From Ophelia neglecta (taxonomy: Eukaryota), in NCBI GenBank assembly GCA_965285935.1, contig OZ260662.1, positions 90,520,001 through 90,584,000 on the forward strand: a stretch of 64,000 nucleotides of DNA, written 5' to 3'. The position numbers and the translations under genes are program-made. Shown here in pieces: positions 13,201-24,439 of this stretch. The notes beneath the pieces are model-generated. The model did no database searches. It was not told where the DNA came from and saw only the letters and a program-made list of their open reading frames with translations. Positions within the stretch are counted from its first letter, which is position 1; each line of letters starts with the position of its first letter.

Positions 13201-16029
13201 GGTCTTAAAATGGCAATAATGCCGATTCCTGGTGAAAAAGGGCCAATGCAAAGTTTGGTCTTTGACTACTTTTGTTTTGTCAGCCGAAAAGCCACTCCCT
13301 TCGTTTCATACTGGTATTTTTTCATCCTGACATGTGAGAACATAAGGATACAATTCAATACATGTATGTATAATTTTGAAGCTCTCAGGCGGCTGCCTCT
13401 TAGATGCTTATGGGTCTTTTGAGGACATGCTAGCATTTCTGATGATTTTGGCCTCATTAATTGTAACTTTATTGATTATTGATTTTGTTCATATTTAGCT
13501 AGTACTGTTTTTTAAGGATAGCTTCGATAACGTATGGCATTGTTACGTTCTTCCCGGAAAAAATGTTCTCCGCAAAGGCTGGCACAGGTCAGACAATATA
13601 TGAATATGGCGAATAGAGCCCAATAGCAAAAGCTATACACGACTAATTCCAGCAGGGAATCTGTCCAACCACAGACTGCTACTATACGTGACTATGGATT
13701 TTCTCAAAATACCCCAAGGATTGAGGTTGCTGTTTTTCGTTTAAGGAAGTAAGTGCTGTGGTCGTTCTGATGTTCAATCTGCCATTCACGTCTAATACTT
13801 TTCTAGTTTCCGGTGGCAATATGATAATATCTGCTTCCACTATGGTAATATAAGTTTAAACGAACCATTTGTCCACTGAGTTTGTTTCCGAAGGATCTAG
13901 GAAATGTCCTAGGATGCTTTTAATGGCTGGTTTGAAAGAGATTATTTTGAATGATATGAAATTCTAGCCGTTTAATGACAGCTGCGAGCGTATATCACAT
14001 ATCATGTGCATTGCAATGACACTTATTTCTCAACAACGTTGCCATTGTCCAAGGGACGAACAATGTCGATGTTTTTATTGTTAGTTTCATAATGTTTTTT
14101 TTAATTTTTACTAAAAACACCCGAATGCAAGGAAACAAACTGTTGATATCAAACAAGGCTTTAAGCACTGTGGACACGGCGGTGACGTTCATTAATGCAA
14201 CCACAGACTCCCTCGATTATATCATTTTCGATTACTACATTTGGAATCGATATTTGACATTTTCTTCAAAATACACCAGGCTGTGAATGTGATAACCAAG
14301 CGAGTTGTCTCATTTGTATGAAATAATGTAATCAAACTTTTTCTAGATAGGGATAAATCTGATAAACGAACCGTTGCAATATATTTTAAAAGAAGATAAA
14401 GCAATGATATTATATATAACTGTACTTAGTGGCTTTAGCAAACATCCTTGTTGCTCTTAGAAGGTATATTTGGATTCCACTTACTTGAAATAGAAACCAG
14501 TTTCATGTAAATGAGAAGATTTTTACAAATACACTTAGAATTTTTTTTTTTTTGACAGGTGGCCATTTGAGCATCTCGTAATTACCTGCTCCATACAAAA
14601 TACATGGTGTAATATAATATTTAAAGAAAGAAAATTTAAAAAACATATATACCTAATCATGCATGCAGATCATACACCGAGTACAGTAGAAATCAAATAT
14701 ATATGTATAATATCAAAATCGAAATCAATTAAATAAAACAAACTATAATCATAAATCAGTGAAAATATATTGGTAAAATAATACTTTCAAGTTATTCCTT
14801 TTATCAATAAATATAATAATTATTCAGCTATTATTTGAATTAGATGTGGTTAAGATCAAGTCTTGGCCTTATTTCTGATGTCATTGACTAGTATCTTTAC
14901 TTCAAATACCACCTGAATGAATCTATGTTTTCTTCGAGCTGTTACGTTAAGGTAAACATAAATTTGAGTTTTCTGTGTGATCGTTATAGAATGTGAAGAA
15001 TATGCATCCTCTGCTGTAACACTGTTGTTCTCGCTCTCAATGTACTGTTATTGATTGGTAAGAGACATAGTGCCGCTTGAAGAATCCGGAAGGAATAATG
15101 TTTATAGTTTTATTATAATTTCGTTAATAATCGATTGCCTTCCCTTGAGTTCTTACTTGAGTTGCATTTCATATTTATTGCCCATGAAAAAAAACCCACT
15201 GCGTCATTGTTCATTTTGTCAGGACAGAAATCCATATAATTTACATTATGCCTAAATCCAAATTTAGACCATAAATACCTAAAGTGTCTGCATTGAGTAC
15301 GCTGGGTGTATTAATCACTATATGACGTCGATACCCCTCTCTCATGATATACCAAAAGGGAGTAAAATGTGCTAATGTCAAAACCATCATGATACAACTT
15401 TATAGTCAGAATTTGTTTGCCGAAATTCTTTTCATAAATATTCAAGGAAGTTGCTATGTGTTATTTCTGTATTTTCATGGAAATCATGATTGAAATAATA
15501 GGGCATTGTCAGAAAAGTCTTATTTCTTATTTTCCATCATAGTAAACTGAAAACAAATAAACCATTCACTAGGCTAAAGACTTACTGTTTTTCATCAATA
15601 GAGCTTAAACAAGTAGCACTACGAATAGATAATCATTCATTATTAAGAAACCTTTTTGGTGCGATTATCCTGACCGTTAGCAGAGACAAATTGGAAAACC
15701 AAAGTTATGCATGGATTGATTCGTGTGTATGGACGATGTAGCCATTTTTTAGTATGGTTACCAAATTAACTAAAATAGAAACTGTGAAACTGTCATGTTG
15801 GGTCAACATATGTTGTAGCCATTTTTCAACCAACCGGCCACATATATCATTCAACCATAAATAGCCGTCGACCCACTGTCTGAGATTTATAGGTGTCTTG
15901 ACTTTTTTTAGCGCCAAAGGCTTGGACTTCTTTTGTTTAATTTGTTCTAACTCGAATTCTGGAAAAAATTTGACTATTTCGCATTGCAACGAATATCAAA
16001 TTGAAACATTACAACATAGTTTACTATTT

Positions 16030-16135
16030 TGGAGCGGAGGATTGATGTATAGATGTGTGTGGGTCTGTGGCTATTGTTTGCTCGGATTCCTTTCCGATTC
16101 CTGGACTATTCTTGATTGATCTGGCTTTGTCTGCC
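16030..16135 (+). repeat. Dispersed repeat family member
   Basis: tggagcggaggattgat..gtgtgtgggtctgtggct..tggactattc..tggctttgtctg shared with 17288-17400. Confidence 0.72.
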
Positions 16136-17287
16136 AGCTATCAACTACTTTTGTACCTCGGTGACACCAATGTTTTAGAGTTCGCAGTTTTAAGATCTGC
16201 AATTATATGAAGACCATATATAAATTCATCTTTTCAAATCCTCTAAAACAAATATTTCTCCATTACACAGGTATCATGATTTCCAAGAAGTATATATATA
16301 AGTGTTTGTTTTGTGCACATAACAGATTAAAATATTATTCGAAATTACCAAATTAGTATATCGAAATATTTAACTAGTGTAAAGTAATGTAAGTACCCTG
16401 GCTGGAACGTACCACGGACCTCCTATACTTACCTTGGACCGAACCAACCAAGGGGTCTCTCGGATCGCTTACTAGAAAAATTATTGTTTATTTGTTATCA
16501 CGGCTCAATATCCGGTTAATGTTTTGACGTCTCCTAGTTCCTAAATGCTGGTATAGTTCGTCATCGGATTTTTCATTGTTATTATAATTTATTGCATTTG
16601 CAATGGCGCCTTTTTCAGAGTAAAACGTTCAAAAGCGCTACAGTAAAACAATAGACATACAAAAGGAAACAATATTAGTAACAATTATGTAAAGATGAGT
16701 TTTTTTTAAATTGCCTACACCTTGGCTGGGATTTACATCTGTGGATATGAAATTCCAGTGGAAGAGGCTGCCTAGGCAAACCGCCTACAGCCGGAAACTG
16801 AAGTGTGGATTATTGGGATAAACAATAGGTACTAACTCCTCGACCTGAAACTACGGTTAGGCACATACGAGGTTATTAAGTTTCCCGTATAATGTGACGT
16901 AATTACGTGCTTGTTGGCCAGAAGGCACGCTTAAAAACATTGTTTGCCTAATATTGAAAAAAGGTAACTGTGCCATTAATCGAGTTACACGACAAAAATA
17001 TAATGAACCTGTCACCATACGCGCAGGGGCATTTTAAACACGCTGCAGTTTTACTAATAGAGACGGAATCCAGCATCCCAACATACAGGGAGTTCTGATT
17101 ATCAATTCTGGATGCGACAAATACATGGGTGTTAGTGAGTAGGATCCTTTTGATCCTATTTCCCCCCTATCCTACTGTGACCACATTTGTTTTGTGATCT
17201 GATCATGGAAAACTGTTGACTTCTCTTTCAAGTGATATCAATGTTTGTTTCCGCGTGTTTTATTTTGTGGCATGTTTATTTACTGTT

Positions 17288-17400
17288 TGGGAGCAGGAGA
17301 TTGATATCGGTGTGTGAGGGGCTGTGGCTGCTGGTTCCTGGTGGTTTTGTACTGATTTAATGGACTATTCCAGAATAATAATTTGGCTTTGTCTGTCGGG
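17288..17400 (+). repeat. Dispersed repeat family member
   Basis: tgggagcaggagattgat..gtgtgtgaggggctgtggctgctggttcct..tggactattc..tggctttgtctgtc. Confidence 0.72.
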
Positions 17401-17889
17401 TACCCAATCCAATTTTATAGTGTCTGTGGGATTACACTGAAAGGATAATTTGGAACTTTTAACTATATATGATGATGAGCTTAGTTTTATATCTAAGTGT
17501 TTTAACTTATTTAAAAGTAAACGATTATGTAAAAATAAAATAGTGATAGATACCCTACAGACAGCAAAAGTAATGAAAATAGTTCCATTAAATCTGTCCG
17601 AACTCATCAGGAACCGCCAGCAATACATTAATCTCTAACTATCAAATAGATATAAAGTTTTAAAGCACATAAAATGTGAACATTAGGCCGAGTCTATTAT
17701 CAAACGTGTCGCGCCTCAAAGTCGATTGATATTTCGGTTGTACCTTCTAGTTTTAAGCATGCAAGTATAGTACATAAAAAGTGAGACAAATACTTTAAGG
17801 CTGCTCATATTGATTGTAAGATGCCAGAATATCTTCTTTGAGCAGTTGGTGATATTGTGATGTAGTTGTTCACACTCCCTCCGTGCCAA

Positions 17890-20800
17890 TTTAAAATATT
17901 CGATTTAAGCACACCACTTTACTGTTCTGCTCATTTCTTATATGGTGGTGTTATATCAAGGAAGTTGACAAGAAAGATCATAGGCACGTCGGCGTGATTC
18001 TTAGCATCCGTCAGAGAATAATTTGATAGTACTATTCTGGAAGGTGTGTGCTTTGTAAGCTCTATGGTATACCAGACATCTATTCTCGGTACGAAATGTG
18101 TCCTTTAAATAGCCATAGACTTGATATATCTCGCACTCTATTGTCATAACGCCATAATACGTTTGGTATTAGCACAAAACGCTAGTTTATGCTTGAAACA
18201 CGGCCCTCTCCAAGGGATACAATACAACCTATCCAATTGTCTGCTTGTGTTTTTTGCGCTTTACTAGGATTGCAGTTGATAGATCGTGTTGTCGCCTTGT
18301 CATGTATAATTAACCATTTCCAGCAACGCAATACGACCAGAACATAATGCCACCATAGGTAGTTTATTTCCACTAGTCGCCCCCAGAGTGCTTGCTTCCC
18401 AATGTACATTAGTAACCTGCGGATAAAAACAAGAGTGTACTGTTGCAAATATATAATATATACATTACACTCTACCTGTCCAACGTATGGCATTGGTTTT
18501 TCCCAACATTTTTTACATTAGACAAAGAGTAAAAAGTCAATATCAATTGTGTTGAGTAGGTCATGCGTGAATAATGCCAGTCAGAAAATGTACCTGCAGA
18601 TATTATCCCGTTAGCAACACAAGAAATATGTGTTAATGGATCGGCTTTATGATTGATGATATTACTGCCACAACTATATCAATGCGAATTAGCCGATCAA
18701 CTAATATTTTCGGATATCAATGAACTATGTTTGTATTATATTAGCTAATGAAAAAAGAAAACAGACTGGCATGATAAGGATACATTCAAAAAAGGGATTG
18801 CGGAACCAAGCCTAAACATCAGCGACATAGTGCCGTTAGTATGACTTTCCCTTTTCTAATACGGGGACCATTAACTAACATAGAACAATCAAAGTATGTT
18901 AGCTCACTCAACTGATCAAAACGATGTTTGCTATAAATCGCAAATATGGTGAATTTCAATTTGAATTCTATGGTTCCGTATCTGCCGAAGATATTGGTAA
19001 CTATTTAGTGAGAATCCCTTTTTCCATTTTAAGGGGAATTCGACTCGCATTATTAGTTCAAGAGTGCACTTTGAAGTACTATTTGTCTATATCACGTGTG
19101 GATTATAGCCGAAGTAAATAGTGTACAGTTGCAGCTATCAGGATAGTTTGGAGAGTTATGTGCTATGGTATTCAAAAGATTCCTTACCATTCAATTGCCT
19201 TCTATTTCATCAAACTAGGCGAGACTACTGTGGTCTTTGCTTTCGTACTAACCTTCACAAGTTCCGTGGCGGGACATGAACAAGCTATTGAGGGTCATTT
19301 TATGGATCTTCTTTAACACAATGCAGCTGGCGGTGTGTTAAATGGGGTAACACTTGATATGAAATAAGCGGCGGTGTCCTCTGGTGGCCTGCTGACCCCA
19401 CTGTGGAGCGGAAAGGAAGTGACAAGTTGAATAGAACATTGATCGATATGTGTCTGTGTATAAGTATTAATATGCGAATGGAAATACAGGGGTGTAAAGA
19501 GGAAAAGATTTAATATAGAATATATTTAAACTGTCACTTACAAGATAAGGTATGCTTTGAACAATGAGGGTGCTTTAAACAATGCATGATTCGAATATAT
19601 GACTAATTGAGGCATACTGCTTAAACCTAACTAAGGCATACTGCATACTGCTTAAACCTAAAATAAATGCAAGAACAAATTAAGTGTGACAGTTATTAAT
19701 AAATCAAATCTTACAAATAGAATTGCCCCAGAAAACAAGTAGTCATTCGTTTAAGGAGACGTTTACCATTATATGCAATCCGCCTAGTCTTTTAAGCCCC
19801 TTTTTTTCTACGTGCCACAATTTTTCCCAATATAAATATAGGCGCCTATTTTTTAATTACAATTTAAGGTATGCGATACACATTCACACATACGCGCCCA
19901 TAAACACATATTGTGTTTTTGCTTTAAATGCTATACATAGCTTGATCAATTTCCGAAGAAATAGTGGTATATAGTACGTCTAATCATGACATCATATGTA
20001 GTGAAATAATGCCTTATTAACTTTACCCTTTAAAAACGAGTGTTGATACTGGCTGACAATGCAAAATTAGGAATGAAAAATAATCAGTTAATTTCGTACT
20101 CAACAATAAGTTTCTTATGTTCTTATTGTGTTAAGCTGCCCGCTTGGCTGCTGCACAAACGACAGCTAGAAGAAAACACATAGAACACCACCAAACATGC
20201 ACAATAGTAGGAGAAAGACAAGTTTGTGGAGAATAAAGACTTATTATAGGCATAGGGGTATGGCAGTGTTGGCGAATGCAACAATAGTTTAAAAAGCACT
20301 CCTTTGCTTCTGGTTTGTGAGTTTGTGAGTTATGTAGTCGCAATGATACACGTAACACAAGCTTGTCAAGGTTCCAATACTGTATTGGCTTACTGTGGGC
20401 ATGCTGACATTAAGAGTTGTGATAAAATAATCAGGATAGCTATTTACAAAGACCAAAGATTTATTGCAGTTTTCGAGGAACAAGTTTATTCGTCTATATT
20501 TACCTATATATAGGTTCCGCTTTGATCTTATGTGATCACATTTTATGGGGCCCAGGAGATAGTTCCATCTTGATTCCGACTGTCAGTATAAGGTATAAAT
20601 AACCCGTGGACACATAAAGAAAGAGCCAGTGCCGAGAGGAGCTCGATACTAGACAAATATTCTGCTTTGTAAAACATTATTACTGTACTGTGATGCTGAC
20701 AGGAGGGTAGAGACAGGAGTATTATTCAGTGTTTTATAACTCGAACCGGGCTTAGCAGCAAGAAGATTTGTATTCAATAAAACTGACCATTTTATATTCA

Positions 20801-22683
20801 TTTGTTTTTTGTCTCAGAAGTCGCTTCGTCGCCGAAAGGTTTTATGTGAATACATCGTCTTATCTTTGATGATTCAGGAGGTTAGCTGCCATGGATCAGG
20901 GGATCCATTTGCTTCGTGGCGATAGACAAGATGTCCAGATGCTGAAAGATTAGTGCCACTCTAAATTTCTTTCTTAAAAGAAGAACTGTCTGAGTTTCGT
21001 ACAAAGTTTCTTTATTGAAACATATCGTGATATGTCAGCCTGGCATCCCTAAAAGTGTAGTATTGTTTCTCTCCAACACTTTTGTTGCCCTACTTTATCA
21101 TAATCCTGGTGTCTCAGCCTATTTCTAAACTTTATTCTTAGCTTAATTCGGCTTCCCGGTAATTTCCAATTGTGTTCTTTTTCAAGTATAAGTGAGTTTC
21201 ATCCCAGGGCCTTTGTTACTTTGCGTATGGCGGCTCTACTGAGTAATATAATTATCCATGACTCTCTTGGCTGATTGGAATATTTGCGCTCATTGTGAAA
21301 AATAATTAAACCACAAAGGCTGTCGGCCGTCAGCCATCATTATGTGCGAATTGTTTGTTGCGGCGAAAATAATTTAATTAATACAATAATTACCGCTTCA
21401 ATTGAATTTTACGTGCAGAAATGCCCATAAGAAGCTTGGTATACAGCAAAGCCATTGGTGAAAACACTACTTTTTCGACTTCAAGAGGGAAAGGCATTTA
21501 GTATAATGTTATATATGCGTGTGTAAGTTAGTCCACTTTAGCCAAAATATACTTACACATAGGCTAACTTTGAAAAATATGTTATTTTATGATCTTTGAT
21601 AATATTACTCCAAACACTTAAGTCATGTTCTTCGGTTTTGTATCCGTTCCACGTATATCATTTACCGATTTCATTCAATTAATCAAAGATGATTAGACAA
21701 TAATCGGACGTCATTCACGTGCAAATTTCTTCAAATGTTTCGTCATGATTTAAAAGCTTTGGTGTTTGGCCATGTAATGGATCAAAGTAACAGCAATGCT
21801 GGGTGTGCAACTGGAGTCGATCTCGGTCAATATCCAGTTAAAACTGTAGTCTAACCTACATATTGGCAGTCGTGTTGGCAAACAGTCATGCGTTTTTTAC
21901 CTTTTTTCCATTGCAGGAAGTAACAGATCAGCTTAAGAATTCAATATGAACGAATGCCACTGCACCTGAACGCACAAGAAAACCATAAATCTACTCGACT
22001 TACAACGACGCGACATTGTGCTATGTAGTTAACTGCAGCTCAACGGTCTGCAAGCCACTGAGTGTCGATATCCTGTATTTGCTCTTCCCTGCTATTCCCG
22101 CGCCTAGGAAAGCCTCGGGGGGTAAGCTGCATTATATTGGTATACGGGGACGTGCCGCTTACATTGGCGGGTTTTTCACAGCCGGGATTCACATGCATGG
22201 GGTCCTTTTTTGGTAAATCTTTGCATGCGTGAAGTCCTTTTTCGGCAAACTCTTATATGGGTGAGTCCTTTTTTCGGCAAACCCTTCGATGGGTGTTATT
22301 TTTAGTAAAAGCCTTACATGGGTAGGTTATTTAGAGCCAGGATTTTCATGCATGGGTAGATATGTGTTCGATAGATTAAGATGCATGGGTCGGGTATTCA
22401 GAATTAAACGGGCACCTCCCCGTCTAAATAATATGGAGCTTACACCCCCCGAGGGAAAGCGTTGTTGCTCGCCGCCTGCTCTGTAGCGTGTGGCTCTCAG
22501 TTTCATAAAGCACGGGGCGCTTCAAACACACGGATTCCGATCGGATTCACAGAGAGTCGTCCCAACTAGGACTCTGTATGCCGCCCTTTGACGGACCTTG
22601 GATATATACCGCTTTGACTACCCCTGCCCAGCCACAGGAGGACTTACTGGATGTCTGGGAGTATGAGCACACCGAAACTATAG
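17890..22683 (+). pseudogene. Copper amine oxidase-like pseudogene, copy B. Large block ~17890-19440, probable exon 20818-~21050, exon 21917-22683 interrupted by a MITE
   Basis: Decayed translation gives IFDLSTP..AHFL (cf. VFSDLSNQELKAVHSFL), YEMCPL (cf. FAVGPL), QPIQ, CHHR*F (cf. CHDRCL), QRMALVFPNI (~copy C QPLAIVPTNM), LRGI-DSHY (cf. RGVDCPY), LPF..DYCGL, AFVLTFTSSVAGHEQ (cf. VLVLRTTSTVYNYDY), LNGV and GGLLTP. The last exon has acceptor ttgcag (21916) and donor ATAG|gtgagt (22683) and is visibly homologous at DNA level to 10386-10789. Confidence 0.7.
22114..22453. mobile_element. Non-autonomous TIR element (MITE, 340 bp) inserted in the last exon of pseudogene B
   Basis: Imperfect ~45-bp TIRs (ctcggggggtaagctgcattatatt..acggggacgtgcc / ggcacctccccgtctaaataatatggagcttacaccccccgag), flanking direct repeat GGAAAGC at 22107-22113 and 22454-22460, internal ~31-bp subrepeats (catgggtgagtccttttt..aaacc). 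Absent from the paralogous exon of copy A. Confidence 0.9.
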
Positions 22684-24439
22684 GTGAGTACAGCTTCCTT
22701 GTGTTAATGTGTTAATCCTGGGGCCGGCCCATGCTTGGCACACCATGGGCCCATTTTAATAGGTCAACACGCATATAATAGTGAGAGTCTCCTAGATGCT
22801 TGGGCAAATTTGATAATCTTATCAAACGGGTCCCAAATTTATATTTGCCACATGACCGTGGTTCCGAAATAGTCTAAACTTCAACTAGGCCTATATGCAA
22901 TGTGTGTTTCCATCACACCTACAATCTGCCAATACATAATCACTCTAGCTATTTTTATATGTATCAGGCTCGATGGCCATTGATAACAACACTTAGTGTT
23001 TCGATAAAAGACCACTCTCGTTATATATGATGCCAAATCCGTCAAGTACAAAGCAGAATTGATTAAGACCAACGTGTATCATCTATAGGCCCAATTTACA
23101 AGTAATGGAAACCAGAAATAAAGTCATTATAATCTATTTTATAAAGAATTGCGCTTGCCTATATGTAGAAGATTTTCGATGTATGTCTAGGGAGGATATG
23201 ATTTAAACCAATAGATTTTGCGTATTATTAGATTTGATAATATTTAATCAGATAACTTAAAAGGATGCAGAATACTTAAAAGGGTGCTTAGGCGAATTCG
23301 CATATTTTCTTCATCTCTTGCAATTTACCTTTACAAACCGGAATCAGCCTAGCGTTTAATGGTATGCCCATAAAATCGGTGAGAAAATTGAATGAAAAAA
23401 CCATACACAAACAAGATATACCGTAGGAGAACAAGGTCTATAGAATTATTGATGACACGTGTAGGTTTAAGCCAATCGGGACGGGTGCGACAGTTTTAAA
23501 GTTTTGTAGGATAATTGAAACGTCTTTACACCAGGCCAGTACTTGTTACGCCTGCTCACCGTTGAACGGTGATAAAGATAAACTATCGGCATAGTCTTCC
23601 ATCATTGCAATTAAATGAATACGTCGGTTATCGACTCTGACTGCAAAAAAGTAAACTTGATAAATCGCAGGTCATTTCTAGCGTACATGCTAAGACACTG
23701 CCGATGCTATTGTCAATACATGAAATAACATTTCAATGATAATGCCTAGGGTTCCTGTGGGATGGTGCTGTCGACTCATTTTGCCGACAATTTCCAACCA
23801 CACACTTGTGCAAACTCGTTGAGCATACGAAAGATTATATCATATTATCTGATAATCATGAAAACAAATTCGGCTAGGCCTTATGTTGGATAATTCTGAG
23901 AAACAATCGACTTTGTAGAATCTCATCCGAAACATTCTGTTTGAAGTATGGCTTTTCTTTGTCTTGATCGACAGCCGGCTCAGTTAGAGTCCGACAAGCA
24001 GCCTAATCCACGCCTTCAGGCGACACATAAAATGACTTTCTGTCTTTTATGGAAACCCCTCCAGTTTGTTTAAAAGGGTTCGAGTGTCCCCTCACCGATG
24101 GGAATGCTCAATTGTTTGTCAAGTCTTTACTCAGCGCTGAGTCAATTCTGGGAATCCCCCCGCGGCATGGCAATCCAGGTTTTATTGAATCGCGATCGTC
24201 GTTTAGTCTGCCTTCAGATGGTGTCAGGTTTTCTGGTGGACGTTCTCTGCTTAATTTCGTGTCCGAAACAATCATATCGGAGTCGTTCCAGTTAACCGCC
24301 TGAAAAATTACCCCTTTCCTCTAACTCTACCCGGACCAATGAAAGCATAATGATATAATGATTCTACATAACTAGATTATGAAGGCGGAGAATATTTATA
24401 TATGTGAAAGGCAACAACATTTAATTTTTCTTAATAGTT

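Noticed and set aside
13025-13457. Cluster of overlapping short ORFs, possibly a transposon relic
   Set aside because: No recognisable motif in any frame.
16390-16475. Segment translating as GPPILTLDRTNQGVSRIAY, reminiscent of the AOC GERIAY motif
   Set aside because: Isolated, out of order relative to copy B, with no supporting flanking motifs; probably chance.
22589-22591. In-frame TGA in copy B's last exon as selenocysteine or readthrough
   Set aside because: The same exon has other stops, frameshifts and a MITE insertion, and the aligned codon in copy A is CAA rather than Cys.
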